Shown here: positions 1-11,784 of the stretch, piece by piece
How positions within the stretch are numbered: position 1 is the first letter of the stretch
How the letters are laid out: each line of letters begins with the position of its first letter
Assembly: GCA_963796965.1 (NCBI GenBank)
Contig: CAWCNS010000005.1
Coordinates: 928,001-992,000 of the forward strand
Reading direction: 5' to 3'
Length of the DNA stretch: 64,000 bases
From: Calditrichia bacterium
Lineage (GTDB): Bacteria > Calditrichota > Calditrichia > JAJRVZ01
Position numbers and translations under genes: made by a program
The notes under the pieces: model-generated
The model's database searches: none
What the model was told of the DNA's origin: nothing
What the model saw: only the letters and a program-made list of their open reading frames with translations

Positions 1-1057
1 TTAGCAATTCCGGCGCCACTTTATATTCTCGATCTTTTTTAGGTCTGTGCTCGATTGAACCGACCTGGATACCATTGACATAGGTATTGTCAGAATTATC
101 TACCGGTCCAATATGAAGTAGTAAACTTTTTTTTGTTTCGTCCGCCGTGAGTGTTATCTCTTTCATAAACCAGACAATCCCGTCCAGATCCTCCAAACCG
201 GCATTCTCCCAATTCTGTGGGATTGTCATCTTCTTCCAATCTGCAGGAACAGATGAATTCATGTACCATTTTTGGTTTAAACCAAGATCTCCAGCATCCA
301 GGTCATTTTCCCATTTTTTGCGACGTTCATCCCGCTCGTTATACAGCTCTTCCACGTCTATTTTATCGAGTTCGTCTAATTTATCGGAAAATTCAGGAAA
401 TACTTTAATCGCCGCCCGGCTTGTCCATGTTTCCGAGACTGTCCCGCCCCAGTTACTACTAATTAGTCCTATCGGTACGTTAAGATCTTTCTGCAACTGA
501 CGTCCAAAAAAGTAACCAACAGCGGAAAATTGTTCAATTGTGGTAGGGCTGCATACCTGCCACTCCCCTTCGGTCAGATCTTCTTTTGGTGTCTGGGCTA
601 GGATTCTTTTAACTGTGAACAAACGGATCTGAGGATGATTGGCATTAGCGATCTCTTCCTCAGGATTCATTGATCTGGCAACTGTCCATTGCATATTGGA
701 TTGGCCGGAACATATCCACAATTCCCCAACCAGAATATTTTTATAAATTATTTTATTCTTACCCTCCACAGACAATTCATAGGGCCCGCCAGCTGAGATT
801 GGATCCAAAGCCACCCGCCATTTACCATCTTCTCCTGCCGCTGTTTTTTCTACCTGATTGTTAAATGTGATTGTAACAGACTCACCAGCATCCGCCCAAC
901 CCCAGATCTTTATTTCAGCATCCCGCTGAAGGACCATATTATCAGAAAAGATCTTAGGAAGCGATACGTCGGCTAAGACATTCTGGATACTGACAGATAA
1001 ACATAAAACAATAATAAGAAATACAATTAAATTGGAAAGATAAGATCTCGATCCCAT
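1..1057 (-). CDS. Sialate O-acetylesterase (SASA family), runs off the window start
   Basis: Manual minus-strand translation from ATG 1057 (GGAGG SD): MGSRSYLSNLIVFL...LPKIFSDNMVLQRDAEIKIWGWA and GELWICSGQSNMQW; missing from the ORF track because it is truncated by the window edge. Confidence 0.85.
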   Translation of the reverse strand, partial: MGSRSYLSNLIVFLIIVLCLSVSIQNVLADVSLPKIFSDNMVLQRDAEIKIWGWADAGESVTITFNNQVEKTAAGEDGKWRVALDPISAGGPYELSVEGKNKIIYKNILVGELWICSGQSNMQWTVARSMNPEEEIANANHPQIRLFTVKRILAQTPKEDLTEGEWQVCSPTTIEQFSAVGYFFGRQLQKDLNVPIGLISSNWGGTVSETWTSRAAIKVFPEFSDKLDELDKIDVEELYNERDERRKKWENDLDAGDLGLNQKWYMNSSVPADWKKMTIPQNWENAGLEDLDGIVWFMKEITLTADETKKSLLLHIGPVDNSDNTYVNGIQVGSIEHRPKKDREYKVAPELL

Positions 1058-1215
1058 TTTCGGATCCTCCCTCAGATGTATAGTATGGGTTTAGCGACAC
1101 GATTAATCGCATCGTTACAATTTCACGATAATTATATAAATAAAAGATATGTATTAGATGGATTCTTGATAATATAATTATCTTTGCAGAAAAATGCACT
1201 CAATTGGAATAAATG

Positions 1216-1331
1216 TTTGTCCACGAATTACACGAATTGGCACGAATTTATTACGATTTCCAAAATATAAAATTTAATTATTTTGATATGATATTATTAA
1301 TTTGTGGAAATTTGTGTAATTCGTGGACAGA
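1216..1331. repeat. Inverted pair of the CACGAATTACACGAATT intergenic repeat family
   Basis: tttgtccacgaattacacgaatt...aatttgtgtaattcgtggacaga; related copies near 24046, 27705, 29865 and 32745. Confidence 0.8.
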
Positions 1332-1377
1332 TTTTTTTATTATACTCTGCCTACAAACTCACATCATGGGCAGGAGG

Positions 1378-2238
1378 TTAATAGAGGGAAATTAATCTCT
1401 CCAACTCATTTTGGAGAATCTCAGGAACTTCTCCCTGATAGTTTTCATTTAGATATACTCTCAATGCCTTGGCAAAAGCCACCGATTTCTCCATCTTAAT
1501 TGTTTCTCTTTGGTCTATTTTCTCAGCACGCATGAGATCCTCGTACATCAGATTCATCATTTGATTCCGGATAGCGACTATCTGCTTGGATTCCGGGAAG
1601 CGAAAGCTAAGATCCTCATACAAAATAAAAGTAAGAGGCCAAAGATCAAAAAATTGACGCCATTGATCGATTGTTTCCTCAGAAAGAAGTTTTGCAATAT
1701 ACTGATTAGAATTACGCTTCGGATGTCTGCGCACATAGTCGGAATATTCTTCATTTTGTTTAACAATCTGCTGGATAGCCTCTTCCCTTTCACTTCCAGT
1801 CGCCAGAAGGGCATCATTTAAATGTGCGCTATTGCGATTAATATAATCTTCAATCTGAAAGTCTTTTCCTGAATCATTCAGGTCATATCTGATTTTATAA
1901 GAAAGCCATACACCAATCGCCTTATTATTTTTTGTTGCCGGCGTATATTTCATTTGTAAAATATAAGCCTTTGCCGCTTCATCGAGAAACTCATATTTTG
2001 ATGAATTGTGAATTTTTACATTTGTCACATTACCATTTCTATCGATAAAACCATACAAGCCGACTTCGCCTTCTATCCCTCTATTCTGTGCTTTTTCCGG
2101 ATATAAAAAATCAGGTTTTTTGACTAAAACGGGGGGTATCATTTTCACATCACCTGGGGAAGGAGAATAATCAGAGGTACCTGCACACCCGGCGAGGAGG
2201 ATAAAGAATGTTAGGATCACTATGCCATAATTAATCAT
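1378..2238 (-). CDS. TonB-family energy transducer (TonB_C domain) lipoprotein with C-terminal helical extension
   Basis: LAGC lipobox; YPEKAQNRGIEGEV..IDRNGNVTNVKIHNSS...LDEAA..MKYTPA TonB C-terminal signature. Confidence 0.8.
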   Translation of the reverse strand: MINYGIVILTFFILLAGCAGTSDYSPSPGDVKMIPPVLVKKPDFLYPEKAQNRGIEGEVGLYGFIDRNGNVTNVKIHNSSKYEFLDEAAKAYILQMKYTPATKNNKAIGVWLSYKIRYDLNDSGKDFQIEDYINRNSAHLNDALLATGSEREEAIQQIVKQNEEYSDYVRRHPKRNSNQYIAKLLSEETIDQWRQFFDLWPLTFILYEDLSFRFPESKQIVAIRNQMMNLMYEDLMRAEKIDQRETIKMEKSVAFAKALRVYLNENYQGEVPEILQNELERLISLY

Positions 2239-2565
2239 TTCGAACCTTGCTCTGACTTATTTCAGGTAACAGACCCATCACTTGCATCACAAATAGTTGA
2301 CGGTTAAATCCCCATTATTTACAAATCGGATCAATAATAAATTATAGTTTATTCAGGGTCGGCTATCAACTATTTTTGATGCTATCTTTATATATGTTTA
2401 TACAATACGACAGAGGAAAATGTTTTGCAACTATTTATTCTATTTTATTATTCAGCATAGTATTCATTTTTTTCTACTCAGGTATTTCATACTATTATAA
2501 AGTTCATTATAATACATACAGATTTTATTTTTAGACTGTTACTAAGCACTGGGGTATGAGCAGTA

Positions 2566-3543
2566 ATGAATCATGTTGAAAGATTCCGTGCCGTGATGAA
2601 TTATCAAGAGGTTGATCGCCTGCCAATATGGGAATGGGCTATGTGGTGGGATAAAACGATTGAACGTTGGCATAAAGAGGGTCTTCCTGCTGGTATGACA
2701 GACATTTTTGAGATACATGAGTACTTGGGTCTGGATCCTTATAAACAGTTCTGGTTCAGCACAACGGATTCTACTATTGAGGCCGAGCAACATCATGTAG
2801 AAGGTATAATCTCGAACATGGATGACTATATAAATCACCGCCCCAACCTGTTTCCGGACCACAGGAAAGCGATAGAGGGAATGAAACCTTGGCTAGATAG
2901 ACAGAAGAAAGGTGAGGTGGTCGTATGGATAACCCTGGAGGGTTATTTCTGGTTTCCCCGCACATTAATGGGATTTACAAAATTAATGTTGGCCTTTTAT
3001 GATCAGCCGGAACTTCTTCATCAAATTAACCATGATCTGCTTGACTTCAATCTGAGTCTGTTAGAACATGTGGAAAAGATAGGAAATCCGACATTCATGA
3101 CGGTAGGCGAAGATATGTCCTACAATCGAGGGCCGATGATATCACGAGATTTGATGGACACGTTCTTGACGCCCTATTACGAAAGGATGATTGCGCGGGC
3201 AAAAGAGATGGGAATGCTTACCATCGTGGATACGGATGGTGATGTTACACGTCTTGTTCCATGGATGTTGGACAATGGAATAGAAGGTGTTCTTCCCCTG
3301 GAACGACAAGCTGGCGTTGACGGTATGGCTCTGCGCGAAAAGTTTCCAAAGCTGAGAATGATTGGGCATTACAACAAAATGATTATGAATAAAGGTGAAA
3401 CAGCTATACGAAGGGAGTTTGAGCGTCTGCTCCCGCTGATGAAAACAGGTGGATTCATTCCAAGCGTGGACCATCAAACGACACCATCCGTTTCACTCAG
3501 AGAATATCGTACCTACCTGAATCTCCTCTCTGAATATGTATAG
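2566..3543 (+). CDS. Uroporphyrinogen decarboxylase-superfamily protein (MtaA/CmuA-like methyltransferase)
   Basis: MNHVERFRAVMNYQEVDRLP start; GEDMSYNRGPMISRD, VDTDGDV and GGFIPSVDH motifs. Confidence 0.85.
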   Translation: MNHVERFRAVMNYQEVDRLPIWEWAMWWDKTIERWHKEGLPAGMTDIFEIHEYLGLDPYKQFWFSTTDSTIEAEQHHVEGIISNMDDYINHRPNLFPDHRKAIEGMKPWLDRQKKGEVVVWITLEGYFWFPRTLMGFTKLMLAFYDQPELLHQINHDLLDFNLSLLEHVEKIGNPTFMTVGEDMSYNRGPMISRDLMDTFLTPYYERMIARAKEMGMLTIVDTDGDVTRLVPWMLDNGIEGVLPLERQAGVDGMALREKFPKLRMIGHYNKMIMNKGETAIRREFERLLPLMKTGGFIPSVDHQTTPSVSLREYRTYLNLLSEYV

Positions 3544-3619
3544 GCGTGTATGAACCAATCATGCATTTGATCAGCAAAACCTGATTATAATTTATTTTAC
3601 AAAAGGATGAACAATAACG

Positions 3620-4420
3620 ATGAAAACAATTACTCTTATTATACTACTCACTATCTTTGCTATCCCTATTTTTGCACAGGATAATTTTTCCTGGCCTAAT
3701 AATACCAAAGCAGCCGTCTGTCTTACTTATGATGATGGGTTGGATTGTCATTTAGACACTGCACGCGTGGACCTTAATCAGTATAATTTAAAAGGTAGTT
3801 TTTATTGTCCCGGAAAGTCGGAATCCCTTTTCCGGCGCATGGATGATTGGAGAGAATTGGTGGCACAGGGACATGAATTAGGGAACCATTCTTTATTCCA
3901 TCCTTGTGAAAAGGCAAAAGAAGGAAGAGGAATTTTTGATTGGGTCAAGCCCGAATACGATCTGGCTGGATATACAGTAGAACAAATCGTTGCCGAGTTA
4001 ACTGTGGCTAATACTTTGTTAAAGGCTGTTGATGGAAAAGAAAAAAGAACCTATGCCTATACATGTGGCGATTATGAAGTGGGTGGAGAAAATTTTAGTG
4101 ATAAGATCAGCCATCTTTTTAGCGGCGCCAGAGCCGCTGGTTCCATTCCCGAAACCATGGAGGAAGTGAATGTCTATGAGGTACCCTCCTGGTGCGTAAA
4201 TGAAAATACAGGTCAGGATATGATCGCTTTCGTTGAACGGGCCGCCCAAAAAGGAACACTTGCTGTCATTATGTTTCACGGCATTGGTGCAAATAACCTC
4301 AGGGTATCACGAAAAGCACATAATGAATTATTGGCCTATCTCGCGCAACATTCCGATCGTTTTTGGGTCGCCACCTTTAGTGATATAGTGGATTATATCA
4401 AAACCAAAAGAGGGTATTAA
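3620..4420 (+). CDS. Secreted polysaccharide deacetylase (CE4/NodB)
   Basis: Signal peptide; LTYDDG, HELGNHSLFH, AYTCG and IMFHG motifs. Confidence 0.85.
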   Translation: MKTITLIILLTIFAIPIFAQDNFSWPNNTKAAVCLTYDDGLDCHLDTARVDLNQYNLKGSFYCPGKSESLFRRMDDWRELVAQGHELGNHSLFHPCEKAKEGRGIFDWVKPEYDLAGYTVEQIVAELTVANTLLKAVDGKEKRTYAYTCGDYEVGGENFSDKISHLFSGARAAGSIPETMEEVNVYEVPSWCVNENTGQDMIAFVERAAQKGTLAVIMFHGIGANNLRVSRKAHNELLAYLAQHSDRFWVATFSDIVDYIKTKRGY

Positions 4421-4454
4421 ATATCCTTCTATGATTTATCTTGAGAAAAGGACT

Positions 4455-4672
4455 AAACACAAAGAACACAAAGAAGGCTCAAAGTGCACAAAGAAAAGAT
4501 TATTTTAATTTTTTGACTTCGGTTTACATAGATCTTTGGTTCTAAATATTAAAATAAAATAAGCGGGATCTAAAACTCTAGGATTTTCTTTGCAAACTTA
4601 GCGTCTTAGCGCCTTTGCGTGAGAAAAAGATTAAACACAAAGAACACAAAGTTCACTCGAAGATACACGAAG
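4455..4672. repeat. Cluster of ACACAAAGA/CTTTGCG short intergenic repeats
   Basis: aaacacaaagaacacaaag twice and ttagcgtcttagcgcctttgcgtgaga; related copies at ~5830, 27643, 32965, 34675 and 59690. Confidence 0.7.
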
Positions 4673-4698
4673 TTTTTTCATATTGACCCTTACGAATT

Positions 4699-5501
4699 TT
4701 AATTTTGTTGTGTGAAGACTATCTGTCCCCTCACGGAACCAGAACTATTTGGTTCAATTTGAGGAAACAAGGGCGCTGCATGGATACATCCGTGGTCCTC
4801 TTCCCAATTATTAAAGAAGTAGGCCACAGGGCCATCTACAATCGTTTCTAAAAGCCACTTTCCATCTTTGGAAATTACTTTTACCCGATCACCCGATAAA
4901 TATTCAGGACTGGTTACTTCCCATCTCGTATTCAACCTATACTGCTCCAGGTTAATCCCCCCAATTGCCGGGTAAAACTGCATAGTCCTTTTGCCCACAC
5001 CCTGGGTTTTAGCAATGTCCTTAAGTAGTACCTCTTTACCAGACGCATCTCTAACCCAGGTGCGCTCCATGGCCAAGTCTTTAAATAAAGGCGCCCAGTT
5101 TAAAAGGACACAGTTAAATGCAGACAGATTATTTAAGTTTGTATCTGAATTATTTGCAAACTCATACTCCCAATAAAGTTCTACTTTTTGCTCAGACTCT
5201 TTTAATTTGATAGTTACAGTCGATGAATAGGAGTCACCCGCCCAGGATCCGATGGCCATGTAAGGTTTGAGATCCCATTGGAATTTCGTAACAGAATTAA
5301 ATTGATCAGAAGTAAACCACTCTGGAAAGAACAACATGAAATCCTGATCGGGAAAGGTAGGCAACTTGAAAGATATCGGATTAAAATCTTTAAACCTTGA
5401 GGCTCAATCCATTTAAAACCTTCAAACGACCTGATTTTTTCGGATTTTTGCCCGCAACCAAGCATACTAAATGCTAAAATAACATAAATAAAAGATTTCA
5501 C
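4699..5501 (-). CDS. Hypothetical lipoprotein (frameshifted; ORFs 5214..5501 and 4699..5364)
   Basis: GTG start with GGAGG SD, MLGC lipobox, overlapping continuation ORF. Confidence 0.6.
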
Positions 5502-5587
5502 GTCTCCTCCTCTGAATGATGATCACATCCGATCTGTGAAATTATCAGAATAATGTAAAAAGAGCAAGCAAACTATTGACAAGACAC

Positions 5588-5766
5588 CTTCTTATTGATT
5601 CTCCCTTACTTATATTGGGTGGTGTCATCCTGTCCCAACGGGATGCCTTCGGCAAAAGGATCTTCCTTTCTTGTAGATTCTACTCCCTCATGCAGAAAGA
5701 TTCCTATCCAAAGGGATCCCGTTCCGGGACGGAATGACACAAGCATAATCGTCAATATTCATGTAA
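5588..5766. repeat. Dispersed palindromic element (GTCATCCTG...GGAATGAC), copy 1
   Basis: Highly similar to 8686..8845; partial copies at ~20760 and ~32793 (reverse). Confidence 0.85.
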
Positions 5767-5891
5767 GTCACAGCCTGCCTGCCCGGCTATGACGGGATCC
5801 GGCGAAGACGGATAATTCGTGATATCTTTTCTTTGCGTCTCTGCGTCTTTGCGAGAAATAAAAAAGAATGATTAATTCATCATATAATGAT

Positions 5892-6857
5892 TTACAAAGT
5901 TAATAATGACTCATAAGCCACATCGATAAGTTTCGGATCACCCCCTCCTAAACCATGTTCACCACCCGGGATGGTAATGAACTCATACTCAACACTATTT
6001 TGTTCGAATAGTTTGGCCATTATCACAGATTGTTCATAAGGAACATCCGTGTCATCCGTACCATGGATCAGCATGGTCGGAGGATAACTTTTCGTGACAT
6101 TGTAGGTAGGCATAAAAGGATAAAATTTATGTGCTTCACTATGTGGATCCCAGCCGGACACAGCTTCCGGCCAATAACCATTCTGCCGGCAATACTGATA
6201 GAAGTGACCTCCCTTTCCTTTCCGTTGCCTTGAATCAGAGATCGGTGGACCGTTTACTTCTTGAAGCGCCTGTTCTTTTGTTATTTTTATTTCGTTGTGG
6301 CGGGCATGGGGGCTGGGCGTGCTATACCAGTCACCGATGAGATCACCATAACCAAAGAAAGATACCAAAACGGTCGGTCGGGGTTTGCAGCGAAAACCAG
6401 ATGTAAGAGTAAGGTAACCGCCGGCAGAACCACCTATAACTGCAATCCTGCTGGTGTCAGCATGAAAAAGACCCGGACCCTTCTCCCGAATCCAGATAAA
6501 CGCATCTTCAAGATCTTCAATAATCGCCGGAAGTTTCGATTCAGGTGCCAGACGATAGTCAATTGATATAATCATGTATCCTTCATCGAGCATCATTTTT
6601 TTTACCCGGCCTTTAACACTCTCCCGATGGCCGTCAATAAGGGCACCCCCATGGATCCAGACAACAGGCTTACGGAATTTTGTATCATTGGCCCGATGCA
6701 CATCCAGTTTAATCTCAAGATCACCAACTTTTTTATAGGTATAGGTTTTCACTGTGATTTTAGATTTATCCTCCGTTACCTGGCAGCCGTACAAAAATAA
6801 AATAGCAAGGAGAGCCAACTGTTTATAAAGATGATTTAGTATGAAGTTAGTAAACAT
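5892..6857 (-). CDS. Alpha/beta hydrolase (esterase, HSL/BD-FAE-like) lipoprotein
   Basis: HGGAL, DYRLAPE, GGSAGG nucleophile motif, HGTDDTDVP, GGEHG. Confidence 0.85.
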   Translation of the reverse strand: MFTNFILNHLYKQLALLAILFLYGCQVTEDKSKITVKTYTYKKVGDLEIKLDVHRANDTKFRKPVVWIHGGALIDGHRESVKGRVKKMMLDEGYMIISIDYRLAPESKLPAIIEDLEDAFIWIREKGPGLFHADTSRIAVIGGSAGGYLTLTSGFRCKPRPTVLVSFFGYGDLIGDWYSTPSPHARHNEIKITKEQALQEVNGPPISDSRQRKGKGGHFYQYCRQNGYWPEAVSGWDPHSEAHKFYPFMPTYNVTKSYPPTMLIHGTDDTDVPYEQSVIMAKLFEQNSVEYEFITIPGGEHGLGGGDPKLIDVAYESLLTL

Positions 6858-6895
6858 TTAAATAACCCTCTGATTTATGATTGCCGTTAAAATAC

Positions 6896-6925
6896 AAAAG
6901 GGAAGACCATTGGCCTTCCCTTTAT
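6896..6925 (-). terminator. Intrinsic terminator after the T9SS beta-helix gene
   Basis: aaagggaagaccattggccttcccttt hairpin with a T tract on the minus strand. Confidence 0.65.
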
Positions 6926-6951
6926 TAAAGATTCAGAACTAAATCCAGGCG

Positions 6952-8515
6952 TTATTTGAGTAATAACATCTTTTTTGTTTGTGTATTATCGTCCGCCTGT
7001 AATTTATACAAATAAACACCACTGGCAACCATATTGCCGACATTATCGCGGCCATTCCATTGCACCTGATGACTTCCCGCATCCTGTTTATCGTTATTTA
7101 CCAGAACATTGACAACCTGCCCCAAAGCATTGTAAATAGTCAGATTAACTTGAGACACTTTACCAAGCTGATAGTTAATCGTTGTTGTAGGATTGAAGGG
7201 ATTTGGATAATTGTTACCAAGGTTAAAAACCTCAGGTGCAGTAGCTAAACCCTGATCATCAATACTAAGTGCATCGGGAAACCAATTCAGGTCGCCCAGA
7301 GGTAAGCCTTGTGTGGATCCCATATAAGATGCAGCACCAGAAGGATAGGCGAAATCAAAGGGGCAAATGCCATAACCCGGATCGCCAAAATCTCCCGGGC
7401 TACCGTTATCCATCGGTGGGGCTGTAGCGCGATCTTCATATTCGCCCAGCATAGAACTTGTCGGAACATCCGGCCCATCTGTAAATATAATACTTTCGTT
7501 TAACATCGTATTCGCTGTACCTGCTTCATCCACGAACGCCTGAGCAGTTTCATTAAATATAGCACCAGCTATAACTGAATCCGGATAAGCTGCAACAATG
7601 GATGGATCCAGGTAGAAATTATTATTGGAGATCATGACTGTTTGCGTATACCCATCAGCAATCAAAGTTGAATCTTTCAGGGAATCTACACTTACCCAGG
7701 CACGTGGATCATCATCAGTCTCAACATTACCATAGAATTGGGCATTAACAACCATATTATTTGTAAACATCGCCTCAACTGTTTCTTCAAAGGAGATGCA
7801 AAACTGGGCAACATTTACAATGGTATTCTGACTATAATTTGCATACATAATCAAACCACCACCGGGCCTCAAAACACGGCTGGTAATATTATATATCGTA
7901 GAGTTTGTGACTGAGATGGAATCAATATCGTTACCACGGGTATCAATGAGACGTCCATTATCAGGAGACGTTGTTGCACCTACATTGGCAATAATTGAGT
8001 TGGTAATAAATACACTAATATCATCGGAATCTAAGCGAAAAATGGATTGACTGTCATAATCCAGGAAACAGTCATCGATTACAATTTTTGCTCCTCCGGC
8101 ACTGACACGGAACTGATTCTTTAACAATCCACCTAATTGATCGACACTGGTCACATATAAACCTTCCAAGGATAAATCAGCACGTGGTCGGAAAGGTCGA
8201 TCTGATTCTCCACCTGTAACTACACCCGGTACCAATTTAGGTCTGTCACCCTCACCACGGGAAATGATATTTAATGGATATCGATTCTCGATGGCACCAT
8301 CAAGCAGATAGTACTTGTCTATCACCACGTTCTAATACATAAACCGTATTGCTATCAATCCTGGCACCTGTTTCGGTTGTATCTCCGTCGATTACCTTAT
8401 TGAGAATACCAAATTCGGTGGGAGCGACAAGCACTTCACGCTGAGCCATCAGGTTTGAACTAAAACCAATAGCCAGAATAACTAACGAAATTAATAAAAT
8501 ACTGTAACGATTCAT
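6952..8515 (-). CDS. Secreted right-handed beta-helix protein with FlgD-Ig/T9SS C-terminal sorting domain (frameshift ~8320)
   Basis: Signal peptide in ORF 8300..8515; Asn-rich beta-helix repeats, GDLNWF, NNYPNPFNPTT...KKMLLLK. Confidence 0.8.
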
Positions 8516-8685
8516 CGATAAACCTCCTAAATTTAATTTAGATTGATTACATTAACTATTGAAGATACTAGAACTCCTCCCTTCTTTGCTTTATTAATGA
8601 TATTATTTAATTAAATGATTATTTAATCTTAATTTATCTTTTTAAAATTAATAAAATAATGACTTAAAATTCGTATACAAAATAC

Positions 8686-8845
8686 CTTCTCATTGATTCT
8701 CCCTTATTTAATTTGGGTAGTGTCATCCTGAAAGGATCTTCCTTCTTGTAGATTCTATCTCCTCAAGTAGAAAGATTCCTATCCCGAAACGCGATCCCGT
8801 TCCGGGACGGAATGACAAAAACACAATCATCAAAATTCGTGTAAA
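8686..8845. repeat. Dispersed palindromic element, copy 2
   Basis: ttgattctccctta...gtcatcctg...aagattcctatcc...gatcccgttccgggacggaatgac shared with 5588..5766. Confidence 0.85.
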
Positions 8846-8919
8846 TTCTCCATGGGACTCACTATGGGAGTGCACAATATATTCTTTGATTGTCATAAAA
8901 GAACAATGATTGATGAGCA

Positions 8920-11784
8920 TTAAAACGAATACCTCACACCAAGATCAGCTGCCCAGCCAAAGAGTTCTGCCCTGGTTGAAAAATATTTGAGCCCTAAGAT
9001 AGGACTCCTCTGATGTATTGGTTAAATTATATAAATTACCAAAAATTCTGAAACCCTTGCCCAGCTTCTGTTGTAGGGCCAGGTCCCAGCGGGTATAACT
9101 ATCGGAGAACCCGTCTAATTCACTACGCGTGCCAACAAAGGTCAAACTTTCGCCCTGATAAAATACGGACAATCGACCGGTAAAACCACCTTTCTCATAC
9201 CCAAGCGTTAAGTTAGCCAGATGATCGGCCTGACCCGGCATTTTGCCCTTTCTAACCGTGTCAATGATGATCGCCTCAAAAAAGGGTGGTCCTCCACGTT
9301 CGATAATCAAGAAGGGATATTGAGTCTCCGAGTCAATATAGGAATAATTTGCATAGATTACCAAACCATCAAAAGGGCTCGGTAACAAACGGAGATTGGT
9401 CTGAATCTCAATTTCAAAACCTTTAACTTTTGATTCATACTCAGAATTAACCGGACCGGCAATCATATCGTATCTGGGATCATCACCATCAACCACCCGA
9501 CTCGTACGGATATAATCAATATCAGTTAGATTCTTCAAGAATCCCCCAATTGTGAATAACCCATATTTATTATAAAAAGAGAGATAGGCATCGTAATTCC
9601 AGGCTGTTGTTGGTTTAAGATCGGGATTGCCGTATTCGAGGACGCGATCTTCCGAAATTCTTTCCCAGGGCACCAGATTAAAATAATTTGGGCGGGAAAG
9701 TGTTTGGGTTGCCGCCAGGCGTATATCGAACCAATCAACCGGTTTCACCCGGAGATGAATCATGGGAAGGAAATTATCATAGACCCGATATCCGGTCGTA
9801 TCCTTTACACCGGTGACACTCTGCTCATCATCGCCAATCTGAGGCGTCCCGAAGATGCTCTCATAATCATTGGTTGTTTGTTCATATCGAAATCCCGGTA
9901 GGAGCATAATATTATTGCCCCAATTTAATTCAGCCATAATATATCCTGCTAATATCTCCTCTCCGGCCTTATAATCCCCAAGATCCGCAGTTGGATCAGT
10001 AACATATAAGTCATCACCAGCATAAGGACTACTCTCGGAAAATTTATAATTTCGGTATGTCTTCAGAAAATTGTTCAGGGCATCCACATCAAGACCAATC
10101 CAAACTCATATCTGCCATCCATAAAGTTATCGACCTGGAAGTTCGGATCAATAAAATTTGATACTCTCACTTTTTGGCCGGACGTCAAATCCCACCCACC
10201 GGGATTCTCATCTGCACCCAGGTAATTTATTCCAAAATGACTACTCCATAAAGTCGATTTATCAACTTCCCGGGTTTTGGAACGATATTTTCCACCAAAT
10301 TTAAAATAGCCGGTAAATGAGGTTCCTAAAACATAGGGCACCTTAAAATCCAACTGCCCGGTGAGATCCCTATCATCCACCGATTCAGCATCTAAAACAC
10401 TGTGTTTAAAAAAGGTATTGTCAAGATCATTATAAGCACCTTCCGGGATATATTCAGGGCCCTGATCTTCAACCAAACCAGGTTCGAAAGCGTCCAGTTC
10501 ATAAAAACGTGCATAATGGGAAAACGGTACATCCCGATCTGATTTTGAATAGGAAGCCCGCCAGAATATTTCATTATCTTTCCAGCGGTGATCACCACTC
10601 AAAGAATTGGTCCAGAGTAGGATATCGACTTCTCTGTCTCGCAAGGTATATTCAGATCGCCAGGCCTCAACATTATATCTGCGACGACGTCTTAATTCAT
10701 CTCGCGCGGTTTTACCAAAAAAACTATTAAGCAAAATATTTCCTGATCCGATATTATAGTCTAATGTCAGACTTGCGCCATAACGGTCGCGGGTTTCTTC
10801 CCGGTTTGCCAGATTAAGTTGATCAACTGATATAAGCGCATATTCTTCGCCTTCTCTCTCTTCTCTTTTAAAGGCATAAGCGCCATCAATATAATCCGAA
10901 CTGCGGTCTGTACGTTCGAGACTACCTGTCACGATTACACCTAAATCATTATCTAAATAGCGGTCACTCAAACTACCCATAATTTTATAGTTTCTTAACT
11001 CAGATACCTGGGAGCTATATCCCCCTCTGATCCGAAAATCACCTTTTAATCCTGAAGGTGCCTTTTTAACAACAAAATTGACTGTTCCACCAATCGCATC
11101 GGCATCTTTGTCCGGCGTAAGGGATTTGAACACCTCTATTCCTTCAAGCATATCTGAAGAGATCATACTAAGATCGACGGATCTATCTTCAGAATCAGTT
11201 GAAGGAATCCGTTCGCCATTAACTGTAATGGAATTAAATTTTGGTGCCAAGCCACGTACGATAACCTTTTGACCCTCACCGGCATCACGCTGGACAGAAA
11301 TCCCAGGTAATCGTCCCAAAGATTCAGCCGCATTTTGATCGGGTAGTTCCTGAATTTTATCTTTGGATACAACATTTACAATCGTATTGGCGGTTAACTG
11401 CTGATTGATTGCCCGCGCCTGGCCTTCCATCATGGCCGTAACCTCAACCGTCTCTCCTTCAAAAACGATCATCTGCATCTTGGTATTTTGTTGCAAAGTT
11501 TCATCGGCTTTTATTGTTACCTTAATTTTCACTTCTGCATATCCAATATAAGAAAAGGTAAGATCATAACTACCCTCAGGCACATTGGAGATAATAAACA
11601 ATCCGTCAATATCAGTGGCCGCTCCAAAAGCCGTTCCATCTATGTAGACATTCGCCCCTACCAGCGGTTCTCCTGTATCAGCATCCTCAATCAGGCCGGC
11701 AATACGACCAGATTCTGCTGAAAACACCATAGAAACCATCATCATACATAGTAATACAGGCAATAACCAATGATATATTTTCAT
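8920..11784 (-). CDS. TonB-dependent receptor with N-terminal CarboxypepD_reg domain (frameshifts ~10080 and ~8980)
   Basis: GEPLVGANV, LPDQNAAESLGRLPG, IEVFKSLTPDKDADAIGG plug, GNPDLKP; an alternative frame ends ...AADLGVRYSF* at 8920 (terminal Phe). Confidence 0.9.

Noticed and set aside
147..1395. Short ORFs in the track (147..500, 217..408, 670..864, 954..1199, 1213..1395)
   Set aside because: Antisense or off-frame to the acetylesterase gene, or lying over repeats
3541..3543. Pyrrolysine read-through of TAG in the URO-D-like gene
   Set aside because: The protein is already complete at normal family length, and no pyl genes were seen
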